This document shows positions 9,192 to 18,492 of a DNA stretch of 64,000 nucleotides, piece by piece; within the stretch, counting starts at the first letter, position 1, and every line of letters starts with the position of its first letter. Source of the DNA: Abditibacterium sp. (GTDB lineage Bacteria; Armatimonadota; Abditibacteriia; Abditibacteriales; Abditibacteriaceae); contig CBDASK010000003.1 of assembly GCA_965199495.1 (NCBI GenBank), forward strand, positions 3,776,001-3,840,000, read 5' to 3'. Under the pieces are notes generated by a model that had not been told where the DNA came from, searched no databases, and saw nothing but the letters and a program-made list of their open reading frames with translations. A program made the translations under genes and the position numbers.

Positions 9192-11066
9192 TTAGCGGCC
9201 ATCGTAATGATAATTGAAGCGCGCGTTGGGCGCGACATCGCCGTAAGAGTAGAAATCCATAATATCGGGCGCATCAGAAAACGCGTTGTCAGCCCACTTG
9301 AAGTCGAATTTGACCGGCGATTTGTCCAACTTCAACAATCGGCGTGGCACGGTGATTTGCAGTTCGTTGCCGCGCATCGCGTAGGAAACTGGCTGCGGCG
9401 CGTTCCATTCATATTCGCCGCCGACGTTGGCTTCGATTGTCGTCGAATTGTCGCCGCGTGGTGCGCCGTTGATGCGGAAATCGTAGCCGTGCCAGCCGGT
9501 TTTCGGGTTACAGTCGGCGTCCACGAAAAGCTGCATCCAATTGGCGCCCGTGCGCGGCGAAAGCGCCGCGCGCGCGCGGACGTAAAAGTAAACGTTATCG
9601 CGGTCGAAGCTGACTTTGCTGCCCGTGATGTCGTTGCGCGCGCTGTCGTTGACATAGCGAATATCGGGCACGCCCGCCACGAAATCGCGTTTGGCGATGT
9701 CGCTGACGGTATCGGAAAAGTCCGGCTGCACCGCGCGCCACGAAGCGAAGCTGTTGATCGTGCGCGGCGGCGACGCCGTGGCTGGCGCTTCCATGCCTTT
9801 GTAGCGGCGCATATTGGCGACGAACTGCCAATAATAATCGTCGCCGTAACCGCCCTTCATCGGCTCCAAATCGCGGTTGAACTGCTGGTTAAATTCGTCC
9901 ACGATGTGCCCTTGGCCTTCGACGGTCGTGCGCCCCAGCATCACGACGCCGGGCGTGTTCCACACGCTGGCGCGCCACTCGTTCCAGCCGGTCACCAGCA
10001 GCATCGGCGGCGCGACTTCGAGCGCGCGATTCCACATATTCTGAAAGAAAACACCTTTGGCCGCATCGGGCAAAGTCCAGTTGGGCGCGTAATCTTCTTC
10101 GTCGTAAGTCTTGCCCTCGACCGCGCTCACGCCGCCATCGGCCAAGTTTTGCCAGATTGGACCGCCCAGACTTTTGTTGACGACGAGCTGTTCGGGCTTG
10201 CCGTCCGCATCAACAGCCACCGGCGCGTTGTAGCCGTGAATGAAACGCCATTTCGTCGGTTCTTTGGCCGCGTCCTGAAATGCCCACGTCGGACGAAAAG
10301 TGAAATAACTCTGAATTTCCGGCAACAGCGCTGCGTCCTGTCCTTTTCGCAATTTGGTGCCGTCGGTGATGAGCGGCGACATCAGCAAAGGTTTGCCCTT
10401 CCACTGAAACCACATATCTTGATATTTATCCGGCTTATACCATTTAGTATAGAGATCATAAACTTTCCATTCCGGTTCGGAATTGAGGAAAAAGGTAAGT
10501 TTGGGAACGGCGACGCCATTGTTTTTCAAATCGCGCGCGACATCCATGAATGCTTGCAATTCGGGTTCGTAAAGCGAGCCGTTGGTATAATCCAAAAATA
10601 GAAAATCGACTCCGGCGTCGGAGAGCATCATCAATTGTTTGCGAATGACCCACGGATCGGTTGAGCGATAGTAACCGAAAATCGGCTCGGCCCAGTAGAA
10701 CGTCGGGAAATCGGGTGTGCCGGGCGCATGAGCGGTAAAATCTTTGAAATAGGGCCGCGTCGCCAGATATTTAGTCAGATCGTATTGAGCGTTGGGCAAC
10801 CAGCGGTCGTCGCCGTGCCATTCCCAATAAAACATCCCGACCACGCGATTGGGTTTGGGCGCGCCAACTTGCGCGTAAGTCGGCAAGCTGCGCCCCAGAT
10901 CGTCGGTCGCCACTTGGTCGGCGTTAGAAATAGCGATGGGCGCCGTATTTTGCGCGTGCGCGGCGGTTACCAGCAAGCCCGAAAGCAGAAGTAAAGGGTA
11001 TTTTTTAGAGAATGATAAAATCCTTTCGTGGGAACTCGACTTGTTTTTGGTTTTGATGTCGGACAT
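9192..11066 (-). CDS. Secreted putative glycoside hydrolase (GH99/71-like barrel plus C-terminal beta domain)
   Basis: Signal peptide ending AHA; YWAEPIFGYY, DAGVDFLFLDYTN, VTGWNEW. Family assignment tentative. Confidence 0.55.
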   Translation of the reverse strand: MSDIKTKNKSSSHERILSFSKKYPLLLLSGLLVTAAHAQNTAPIAISNADQVATDDLGRSLPTYAQVGAPKPNRVVGMFYWEWHGDDRWLPNAQYDLTKYLATRPYFKDFTAHAPGTPDFPTFYWAEPIFGYYRSTDPWVIRKQLMMLSDAGVDFLFLDYTNGSLYEPELQAFMDVARDLKNNGVAVPKLTFFLNSEPEWKVYDLYTKWYKPDKYQDMWFQWKGKPLLMSPLITDGTKLRKGQDAALLPEIQSYFTFRPTWAFQDAAKEPTKWRFIHGYNAPVAVDADGKPEQLVVNKSLGGPIWQNLADGGVSAVEGKTYDEEDYAPNWTLPDAAKGVFFQNMWNRALEVAPPMLLVTGWNEWRASVWNTPGVVMLGRTTVEGQGHIVDEFNQQFNRDLEPMKGGYGDDYYWQFVANMRRYKGMEAPATASPPRTINSFASWRAVQPDFSDTVSDIAKRDFVAGVPDIRYVNDSARNDITGSKVSFDRDNVYFYVRARAALSPRTGANWMQLFVDADCNPKTGWHGYDFRINGAPRGDNSTTIEANVGGEYEWNAPQPVSYAMRGNELQITVPRRLLKLDKSPVKFDFKWADNAFSDAPDIMDFYSYGDVAPNARFNYHYDGR

Positions 11067-11400
11067 AAAGCCTTGCTACACGACAGAAATTGAAGATCGC
11101 TTTAAAATCTTGAAGAGTGTCGCCACCGGAAGCTCTCTTTTGCTATGTAGCGATATAGTCTGCCCAAAATACGGTTTTTCTAAACAGCGCATCCTTTGGA
11201 AATCGGGGAATAACGCGTGTTGCAAACCGCGAAAGAAAATTCGTTCCTACCGAAAGCAAAAGCATTAAATGAATTGCGCGAGTTGGTATTGCGCTGAATT
11301 TCTATAAACTCCCCAGCGTTTGAGGTTGACAAACTTTGCTCCACGCATTAAAATCTTCTCTTGCGCCGAAACGAAGGGTTTTTTTTCCGAGGGCGCTTGT

Positions 11401-11472
11401 GCCGGTGTAGCTCAGTGGTAGAGCAGCTGTTTTGTAAACAGCCGGTCGGGGGTTCAATTCCGTCCACCGGCT
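11401..11472 (+). tRNA. tRNA-Thr(UGU)
   Basis: Cloverleaf; anticodon arm gctgt-tttgtaa-acagc; no encoded CCA. Confidence 0.95.
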
Positions 11473-11512
11473 TTGTCGGAGCCAAATCCGACATTTGATA
11501 ATTTGGGTTTTC

Positions 11513-11594
<82 letters not shown>

Positions 11595-11644
11595 CTTTAA
11601 TATCCTTTTTGTTGTAAAATAGAAGGGTATTGGCGGTTTAAGTC

Positions 11645-11716
11645 GCCGCTGTAGCTCAGTGGTAGAGCGCATTCTTGGTAAGAATGAGGTCGAGAGTCCG
11701 ATTCTCTCCAGTGGCT
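11645..11716 (+). tRNA. tRNA-Thr(GGU)
   Basis: cattc-ttggtaa-gaatg anticodon arm. Confidence 0.93.
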
Positions 11717-11749
11717 TTCTCATAGCGTCCGCCGCGCTATGAGATTTAT

Positions 11750-11822
11750 GCAGGCGTAATTCAGTTGGTAGAATGTTGGTCTCCAAAACCAAATGTCGTG
11801 GGTTCGAGTCCTACCGCCTGTG
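11750..11822 (+). tRNA. tRNA-Trp(CCA) copy 1
   Basis: ttggt-ctccaaa-accaa anticodon arm; acceptor gcaggcg/cgcctgt; G discriminator. Confidence 0.93.
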
Positions 11823-11860
11823 CGTGAATTTTGAAAATGAGTCGAAAGCCAAGGCTCAAT

Positions 11861-11933
11861 ACGGGCGTAGCTCAGTTGGTAGAGCATCGGTCTCCAAAAC
11901 CGAGTGTCGCGGGTTCGATCCCTGCCGCCCGTG
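11861..11933 (+). tRNA. tRNA-Trp(CCA) copy 2
   Basis: tcggt-ctccaaa-accga anticodon arm; acceptor acgggcg/cgcccgt. Confidence 0.95.
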
Positions 11934-11948
11934 TCATCGCAAAACTTC

Positions 11949-12079
11949 AATCAGAAGTTAGACGTTGGAAAATTAGAAAAAGTGCGAGTGAAAACTGGAA
12001 AAAGCGTCTTTAATTGGCGCCTAATCCGAGTTTCAGGCGTCACTTAAAACTTCTCATTTCCCACATCTAACTTCTGATT
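11949..12079. repeat. Imperfect inverted repeat with roughly 7-nt periodic arms
   Basis: aatcagaagttaga (11949-11962) pairs with tctaacttctgatt (12066-12079), extending imperfectly inward. Confidence 0.7.
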
Positions 12080-12103
12080 TGTTTTGTGTGGGAGAGGCAT
12101 CTT

Positions 12104-12487
12104 ATGGCCATCGTTAAAACCACAACCAGAGAAAACGGCAAAGGCGGCGGTTCCGGCGAAACAACCGAAACCACCGTGCCCATTGACCGCACCAAATCGG
12201 TCGTCCGTCAAGGAGGTTCGCCGACCGGGCGCCCCATGCGCACGCCGGGCGTCATCCAACGTCCGCAGCAAAGCACCTCCAAACCCGCGAGTCCCAAAGA
12301 TTTCATTACTGACACCATTACTGAACTCAAACGGGTCGTGTGGCCAACCAAAGAAGAGCGCATTTCGGGCACCATCGTGACCATCGGTTTGCTGCTGTTC
12401 TTCGCGATTTATATCGCGGGGTTGGATTCTCTGGCACGCGTTATTTTCGTTGGTTTAGGTATTCTCCCCTCGGACACGCTGCAATAA
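12104..12487 (+). CDS. secE: Preprotein translocase subunit SecE with long polar N-terminal extension
   Basis: ELKRVVWPTKEE followed by a TM helix; lies between tRNA-Trp and nusG. Confidence 0.93.
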   Translation: MAIVKTTTRENGKGGGSGETTETTVPIDRTKSVVRQGGSPTGRPMRTPGVIQRPQQSTSKPASPKDFITDTITELKRVVWPTKEERISGTIVTIGLLLFFAIYIAGLDSLARVIFVGLGILPSDTLQ

Positions 12488-12560
12488 TTGAAGATTGAAA
12501 GGGCGCTCGGTGCGAAAGCTCCGCGCGTTTTTTCGCGCCTCCCAGACGGAGTAACCTCTC

Positions 12561-13103
12561 ATGAAACAATGGTATGCCGTGCATACGTATGCCGGACAGG
12601 AAGATAAAGTTCAACAGAACATCGAAAAGCGCAGTGAAGCCGTCGGGCTTCACACGCGCATTTCGCGCGTCATCGTGCCGACCGAAGAGGTTAAATCTCT
12701 GCGCGGCGGCAAGACCGTGACGCTGAAAAAGAAAATCTTCCCCGGCTACGTTTTGGTCGAGATGGACATGGACGACGAAACTTGGCATTTCATCCGCCAG
12801 ACCGTCGGCGTGACCGGATTTCTCGGCCAAGTCACCGGCACCGCGTCGCGCCCGGCTCCGCTGCAACCCGGCGAAGTCGAGCGATTGATTGGCGGTGGCT
12901 CCGAGGACGGCATCGAAGCCACGACGACGGCGTTCTATAATACGGGCGACCATGTCAACGTGACCGCCGGGCCGTTCGCTGGTAGCGAAGGTCACATTAC
13001 CGAAGTGGATGCCGCTGGCGAGAAGTTGAAAGTCGTGATTCAGTTGTTCGGGCGCGAAATGCCGATTGATCTGGATTTCGTGAGCGTGGAACGAGTGAGT
13101 TAG
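12561..13103 (+). CDS. nusG: Transcription termination/antitermination factor NusG
   Basis: WYAVHTYAGQEDKV, KIFPGYVLVEM, KOW motif GDHVNVTAGPFAG. Confidence 0.97.
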   Translation: MKQWYAVHTYAGQEDKVQQNIEKRSEAVGLHTRISRVIVPTEEVKSLRGGKTVTLKKKIFPGYVLVEMDMDDETWHFIRQTVGVTGFLGQVTGTASRPAPLQPGEVERLIGGGSEDGIEATTTAFYNTGDHVNVTAGPFAGSEGHITEVDAAGEKLKVVIQLFGREMPIDLDFVSVERVS

Positions 13104-13108
13104 ATTCT

Positions 13109-13219
13109 AATGCGATGTAAAATCGCAGCCAAGGAAGTCGTCGGCCTTCGCCGACAGGTTGAGCTTTCTTTTGTCGGCGAAGGCCGACGACTTCCTTGGC
13201 TGCGATTTTACATCGCATT
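13109..13219. repeat. Perfect inverted repeat, family D
   Basis: 48-bp arms at 13109-13156 and 13172-13219 with a 15-nt spacer. Confidence 0.95.
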
Positions 13220-13290
13220 GAAATATACAAAACGCGAGGGAGAGCCGTTAAAAAGCTCGAATTTACACCTGGCGTTTACAGGAAGCAACA

Positions 13291-13716
13291 ATGGCAAAGA
13301 AAGTCACCGGCTTTATTAAGCTGCAATTACCCGCAGGCGGCGCGACGCCCGCACCGCCCGTTGGCCCGGCTCTGGGTCAGCACGGCGTGAACATCATGCA
13401 GTTCGTCAAAGCCTACAACGAACAGACGGCGGCCCAATCCGGCTCCATCATTCCGGTCGAAATCACGGTTTATCAGGATCGCTCGTTCACCTTCATCACC
13501 AAGACGCCGCCTGCGGCTGACTTGTTGAAGAAGGCGGCGGGCATTCCCAAAGGCAGCGACAATCCGCTCAAGAACAAAGTCGGCACAATTTCCCAAGATA
13601 AATTGAAAGAATTGGCCGAACTGAAAATGAAAGATTTGAACGCCAACGACATTGACGCGGCGATGAAAATCTTGGCTGGAACCGCCCGTTCGATGGGCAT
13701 TGAGGTGGCGAAATAA
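13291..13716 (+). CDS. rplK: 50S ribosomal protein L11
   Basis: [38 protein letters not shown]. Confidence 0.99.
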   Translation: MAKKVTGFIKLQLPAGGATPAPPVGPALGQHGVNIMQFVKAYNEQTAAQSGSIIPVEITVYQDRSFTFITKTPPAADLLKKAAGIPKGSDNPLKNKVGTISQDKLKELAELKMKDLNANDIDAAMKILAGTARSMGIEVAK

Positions 13717-14414
13717 TGGCAAGCAAACACGGAAAACGCTATCGCGCCCTGACCGAGAAATATGATCTCGAACAGTTTTATCCGCTCGCCGAAGCAATGA
13801 CGATGGTCAAAGAGACCGCGACCGCCAAGTTCGACGAAGCCGTTGATGTCACCATCGTTTTGGGCATTGACGCGCGCAAAGGCGACCAGCAGGTTCGCGG
13901 CACGATTACTCTGCCCAACGGAACCGGCAAGACGCCGCGCGTTGTTGCCATCGCTCGCGGCGAAGCAGCCACGGCGGCGGAAGAGGCCGGAGCCGACGCG
14001 GTTGGCGCCGAAGACATCATCGCGCAGATCGAGAAAGACGAGCTGCAATTCGACGTTTTGGTCGCCACGCCCGACATGATGCGTTTATTGGCGCGTCTGG
14101 GCAAAAAACTCGGCCCACGGATGCCCAACGCGAAAAGCGGCACGGTCGGCCCCAATATCGGTTCGATTGTTTCGGATCGCAAAAAAGGCCAGATCGAATA
14201 TCGCAACGAACCCAAAGCGGCGGTCGTTCACTCCATCGTGGGCAAATCGTCGTTCGAGGCCGAGGCGTTGGTCGAGAACACGCGCGCTTTGATTCAGGCG
14301 CTGCAACGCTCGAAGCCTTCGAGCGCCAAAGGCACTTATTTACGTTCGGTGACTCTGTCTTCGACGATGGGGCCGGGCGTCAAAGTCGAAGCGGCGCCGC
14401 TTCGCCAGCAGTAA
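13716..14414 (+). CDS. rplA: 50S ribosomal protein L1
   Basis: AKFDEAVD, DQQVRGTITLPNGTGK, SSTMGPGVKV. Confidence 0.99.
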   Translation: MASKHGKRYRALTEKYDLEQFYPLAEAMTMVKETATAKFDEAVDVTIVLGIDARKGDQQVRGTITLPNGTGKTPRVVAIARGEAATAAEEAGADAVGAEDIIAQIEKDELQFDVLVATPDMMRLLARLGKKLGPRMPNAKSGTVGPNIGSIVSDRKKGQIEYRNEPKAAVVHSIVGKSSFEAEALVENTRALIQALQRSKPSSAKGTYLRSVTLSSTMGPGVKVEAAPLRQQ

Positions 14415-14437
14415 AGTAACGAGGAGACTTCATCATT

Positions 14438-14968
14438 ATGGTAGCTAAAAAATACAAGGATAAAGAAGCGCTCGTTGAAGAACTGCGCGAGAAGTTGAGT
14501 CAGGCGACCGCCGTTGTCGTCACCGAATATCGCGGTTTGAAAGCCGGCGATTTGGTGACGCTGCGTTCGGGTTTACGCGAGGCCAACGTTGAACTGCGCA
14601 TCGTCAAAAACACGTTGTTGCGCCGCGCCACAGAAGGCACGCCGCTCCACGATATGACGCTGACGCTCCAAGGCCCCAGCGCCGTGGCTCTCGCTTTTGG
14701 CGAGGCTTCGGAAGCGGCCAAAAAACTCGATGAGAACGCCGGAAAGCTCGCCGCTTTCAATCTGAAAGGCGGCGTCATCGAAAGCATGATCGTCAATGGC
14801 GACCAAGTCGCCGCGATTGCGAAACTGCCCTCCAAGTTGGAGTTGCAGGCCAAAGCCGTAGGCGCTCTGCAAGGCCCATTGTCTGGATTTGTATTCACTC
14901 TGAACGCCGTGTTGTCGAATTTCGTCGGCACGCTTCAGGCGAAGATAGACGCAGAAGCCGCGTCGTAA
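14438..14968 (+). CDS. rplJ: 50S ribosomal protein L10
   Basis: EYRGL, IVKNTLLRRA, AIAKLPS. Confidence 0.97.
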   Translation: MVAKKYKDKEALVEELREKLSQATAVVVTEYRGLKAGDLVTLRSGLREANVELRIVKNTLLRRATEGTPLHDMTLTLQGPSAVALAFGEASEAAKKLDENAGKLAAFNLKGGVIESMIVNGDQVAAIAKLPSKLELQAKAVGALQGPLSGFVFTLNAVLSNFVGTLQAKIDAEAAS

Positions 14969-15031
14969 AATAAGGTTTCAGAATAGCGCTTAATTTGGCC
15001 GAAGGTAGAGGTTTGAGGTGAGCATAGCTCA

Positions 15032-15183
15032 CACCCCCTCTATCCTTCGGACATCTCCCCCTCCGAAAGGGGGAGAGGCGGCGTGACAATCGGCACTGGT
15101 GTTACAATTGTAGCGGCGATGTCGAGGGTTAGAGCGCCTCTCCCCCTTTCGGAGGGGGAGATGTCCGAAGGACAGAGGGGGTG
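15032..15183. repeat. Inverted repeat, family E (CTCCCCCT..AGGGGGAG type), between rplJ and rplL
   Basis: 49-bp arms at 15032-15080 and 15135-15183 with one mismatch. Confidence 0.93.
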
Positions 15184-15247
15184 AGCGCGCGTCCACTTCA
15201 ATCTCTAAAATTAAAACTTTCGTCCCGCGCAAGGAAAATACAACAAC

Positions 15248-15634
15248 ATGGCAAGCGAAAAGATTCAAGGCATTCTCGACACCGTCGGTGGCCTCTCCGT
15301 TCTCGAACTCAACGAACTCGTTAAAGAATTGCAAGAGCAGTGGGGCGTCACCGCCGCCGTTGCTGGCCCCGCCGTGGCTGCGGCTGGCCCCGCCGAGGCC
15401 GCTCCCGCCGCCGAAGAGCAGACCGAATTCGACGTTATCTTGAAAGATGTCGGCGCTCAGAAGATTCAGGTCATCAAAGCGATCCGCGAAGTGCAGCCGA
15501 CCTTGGGCTTGAAAGAGGCCAAAGAAGTCGCCGACAACGCGCCCAAAGCCGTTGCCGAGGCCGTGACCAAAGAAGACGCCGAGAAAATGAAAGAGAAACT
15601 CGAAGCCGCCGGTGCGACTGTCGAACTCAAATAG
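15248..15634 (+). CDS. rplL: 50S ribosomal protein L7/L12
   Basis: [40 protein letters not shown]. Confidence 0.99.
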   Translation: MASEKIQGILDTVGGLSVLELNELVKELQEQWGVTAAVAGPAVAAAGPAEAAPAAEEQTEFDVILKDVGAQKIQVIKAIREVQPTLGLKEAKEVADNAPKAVAEAVTKEDAEKMKEKLEAAGATVELK

Positions 15635-15656
15635 TTTTTTCGTCTTCGGACAAACG

Positions 15657-15694
15657 AAAAGGACGCAACGGCGAAAGTCGTTGCGTCCTTTTTT
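15657..15694. terminator. Intrinsic terminator after rplL
   Basis: aaaaggacgcaacggc-gaaa-gtcgttgcgtcctttttt. Confidence 0.9.
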
Positions 15695-15768
15695 GTTTAA
15701 ATTTCAAAAGCGGACAACCTTGAAGCGCCCGCGCGTCTGGAGGCTTTTGGTGTGCAAAAAATCTGGAG

Positions 15769-16791
15769 TTAAGAAGCCGGAAGTGTGATTTTCTCGATGG
15801 TTTTGGGGACGAATTCGCGGTCAATCAAATCGCGCATTGAAACCGGTTTTTTCAAGATGCCAGCTTGGAGCGCGGCGTCGGCGATTTCCTGCAAATCGGC
15901 GTTGGTCGGCGTGAGCATTCGATAGGAAACGCGGTCGGGCGGCGTGGTGAGAACGTAGCGAACCAAGGATTCTTTCTGACGAAAAAAGGGCGCGGCGATT
16001 TTGGCGGCTTCGAGGCGATGCGTTTCCGCCCATTCGCCGCTTTCGGCGATGCCACGCACCAAGTCGCGCACGACTTCGGGCCGTTCGGCGATCAATTTTT
16101 CGTGAACGACAAGAGCGCACGAAATGAAATGCGGCCAGATGTCCTTGGCATAATAAAGCACGCGGCCCGTTTTGTCCATTTCGGCTTTGGCGGCGAAGGG
16201 TTCGCCGACGAAATAAGCGTCAATGGCGCCCGTCGCGAGTGCGCCGGGCATATCGGGCGGCGCCATTTCCACGAATTTAATCTCATCGGACGCGACGTTT
16301 TGGCGCTGCATCAACGCGCGCACGACCAAGTATTGGTTGGAGTATTTGCTCGGAATGGCGAAGGTCTTGCCGCGCAAACCGCGCAAATCCCGCGTCGGAT
16401 TATTTTTGGCGACGACGATTTCCGAGCCATCGCGGTGGCCGAGGTAAACGATTTTGACGGGCACGCCTTGCTCGCGCAGTTTCATGGCGAGCGGCACGAT
16501 CATAAAAGTCGCCTGAATCCGTTCGGATTTAAGCGCATCCACGACGGTCGGAAAATCGGTGAAACGGTGCGATTCAAAATGATTGGCGGCGCCGCTGGTT
16601 TTGGTCGCGTAATCGGTGACGGGACACGTCAAATGGCACGTCACCGGCAAAAAACCAACGGCGATGTCCTGATGCTTTTGTGCGCTCGCGACAGGCACAA
16701 GCGGGTGATTCCACGGCTTGAAGTGCAAAACCGCCAAGGCCGCCGTAAGAGCCACGCCGGTTAGAATCGGTTGAATAAGAGGGTTTTTCAT
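15769..16791 (-). CDS. ABC transporter substrate-binding protein (NitT/TauT type)
   Basis: LRGKTFAIP, PPDMPGALATGAIDAYFVGEPF; in an operon with the ATPase and permease. Confidence 0.88.
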   Translation of the reverse strand: MKNPLIQPILTGVALTAALAVLHFKPWNHPLVPVASAQKHQDIAVGFLPVTCHLTCPVTDYATKTSGAANHFESHRFTDFPTVVDALKSERIQATFMIVPLAMKLREQGVPVKIVYLGHRDGSEIVVAKNNPTRDLRGLRGKTFAIPSKYSNQYLVVRALMQRQNVASDEIKFVEMAPPDMPGALATGAIDAYFVGEPFAAKAEMDKTGRVLYYAKDIWPHFISCALVVHEKLIAERPEVVRDLVRGIAESGEWAETHRLEAAKIAAPFFRQKESLVRYVLTTPPDRVSYRMLTPTNADLQEIADAALQAGILKKPVSMRDLIDREFVPKTIEKITLPAS

Positions 16792-16842
16792 AGTTTTCCG
16801 TTTTTTGTCGCTGGTTTTTATTCGACCCGCAGGCGGCTTAAT

Positions 16843-17565
16843 TCAAACATCGCTCAGGCCCATTTCGTCGAGAATCTGCTTGACGGCGTTGACTACGACG
16901 GTATCGGTGACGGCGCGTGGGCGCGGCGTTGGAATGGAAACTTCGCAGCAAATGCGCGCCGGGCGCGCCGACAAAACCAAGATGCGGTCGGCCATTTGCG
17001 CGGCTTCTTCGATGTCGTGGGTGACAAAAATGACCGTGCGCGGGCGTTCTTGGAGCAGACGCGCGAATTCGCTACGCAGCCTCAATCGCGTGAGATAATC
17101 GAGCGCGGAAAACGGTTCGTCGAGCAGCAAAACGTCGGTTTCTCCGGCCAAGGCGCGCGCGATTTCGACGCGCTGACGCATGCCGCCCGACAGTTGATGC
17201 GGGAAATTCTCGCCAAAATCGGCGATGCCCACCAACGCCAGTAATTCGGCGATTTGATTTTGGCGCTGCTGTTGGCTCTTAATGTGGCGCAAACCGAGTT
17301 CGATGTTTTCCGCCGCGCTCATCCACGGCAAAAGCCCGTCGCTCTGGAAAACCATGCGCGTTTTGCCGTCGCGCCGCACCGTCCCCGACGAGGGCGCGTC
17401 GTGGCCGGAAAGCAAATTTAACAGCGTGGTTTTGCCGCAACCCGAAGGCCCGACGACCGCGACGAACTCGCCGCGCGCGATTTCCAAATTCAAATCGGCG
17501 AAAACTTCGAGCGCGCCAAAACGCCGCGCGACGTTTTGCAATTGCAAGATCGGTTTAGCGTTCAT
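16843..17565 (-). CDS. ABC transporter ATP-binding protein
   Basis: GPSGCGKT, LSGGMRQR, LLLDEPFSALD, FVTHDIEEA. Confidence 0.95.
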   Translation of the reverse strand: MNAKPILQLQNVARRFGALEVFADLNLEIARGEFVAVVGPSGCGKTTLLNLLSGHDAPSSGTVRRDGKTRMVFQSDGLLPWMSAAENIELGLRHIKSQQQRQNQIAELLALVGIADFGENFPHQLSGGMRQRVEIARALAGETDVLLLDEPFSALDYLTRLRLRSEFARLLQERPRTVIFVTHDIEEAAQMADRILVLSARPARICCEVSIPTPRPRAVTDTVVVNAVKQILDEMGLSDV

Positions 17566-18334
17566 AACCCCACCTCACGCTCGGAATGCGCGTCAATCGA
17601 AGCAACAACCGGTCGAGGCCCACGCCAATGATGCCGATAACTAACATATTGGCTACTAAAAGTTCGGGCGCGAGCGCGTTGCGCGCGTCCACGATGGCGA
17701 AACCTAAACCATCCTGAGCGCCATTGGTTTCCGCCGCGACGACGACGACCCAAGCGATGCCCGCCGTCACGCGCAGTGTCGTGATGAGTTGCGGCAAAAT
17801 CGCGGGTAAGGTGATTTGCATGAGTTTTTGGCGCCCGCGCAAATCGTAGTCGCGCGCCACGCGAAAATAGACGTTGGGAATGGTATCAACTGCCGCAATC
17901 GTCGCCAGCACGATGGGGAAAAACGTGGACAGAAAAATCAGGAAAATCGCCGAAGCATCGCCGATGCCGAACCACAAAATGGCGAATCCGAGCCAGGCGA
18001 GCGGCGACAGCGAACGGAAAAAATTGACGCCCGGCAAAAACGCCGCGCGCGCGAGGGCAATTTGGCCCAATCCCAAACCGCACGGCACGCCGAGTAGCGT
18101 TCCCAATCCAAAACCCGCCGCGACGCGAAAAAGCGAGGCGATGGTGTCGTTCCAAAGCCGTCCGGCGCGCCATTCCTCGCCCAATCCGGCCCAAACAGCG
18201 GCGGGCGAAGGAAACAGCGTGGCCACAAAAACGCCCGTCGCCGACAAAATTTGCCACAGCATTAGCGCCAACGCGCCCACTAAGACGGGCAAAAACCAAC
18301 GGGCAAGACGGTCGCGCGCGCGCAAATCAGGCAT
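17555..18334 (-). CDS. ABC transporter permease (SsuC/TauC type)
   Basis: FPSP, SLFRV, SPLAW, LPAILP, VVVAAE. Confidence 0.92.
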   Translation of the reverse strand: MPDLRARDRLARWFLPVLVGALALMLWQILSATGVFVATLFPSPAAVWAGLGEEWRAGRLWNDTIASLFRVAAGFGLGTLLGVPCGLGLGQIALARAAFLPGVNFFRSLSPLAWLGFAILWFGIGDASAIFLIFLSTFFPIVLATIAAVDTIPNVYFRVARDYDLRGRQKLMQITLPAILPQLITTLRVTAGIAWVVVVAAETNGAQDGLGFAIVDARNALAPELLVANMLVIGIIGVGLDRLLLRLTRIPSVRWGYER

Positions 18335-18492
18335 GGCAATCTATTTTATCAGCTTAATTAACCGAGAATTGGTTGCAAGTGTGTCAGGCAGTTTTGAAAA
18401 CGTATTTGAGGCTCACTCTGAGAGACTGTGTTCAAATATAGTAAATCCAACGGTGGTCTATTCGCGCATAAAGAGAAATCCAGTTTGCAGAA

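Noticed and set aside
8952..10601. 549-aa plus-strand ORF
   Set aside because: Antisense shadow of the secreted hydrolase gene, expected from GC-rich codon bias.
12997..13319. Mirror-image small ORFs sharing MRCKIAAKEVVGLRRQ on both strands (similar cases at 6449-6949 and 33344-33573)
   Set aside because: Artefacts of translating palindromic repeats.
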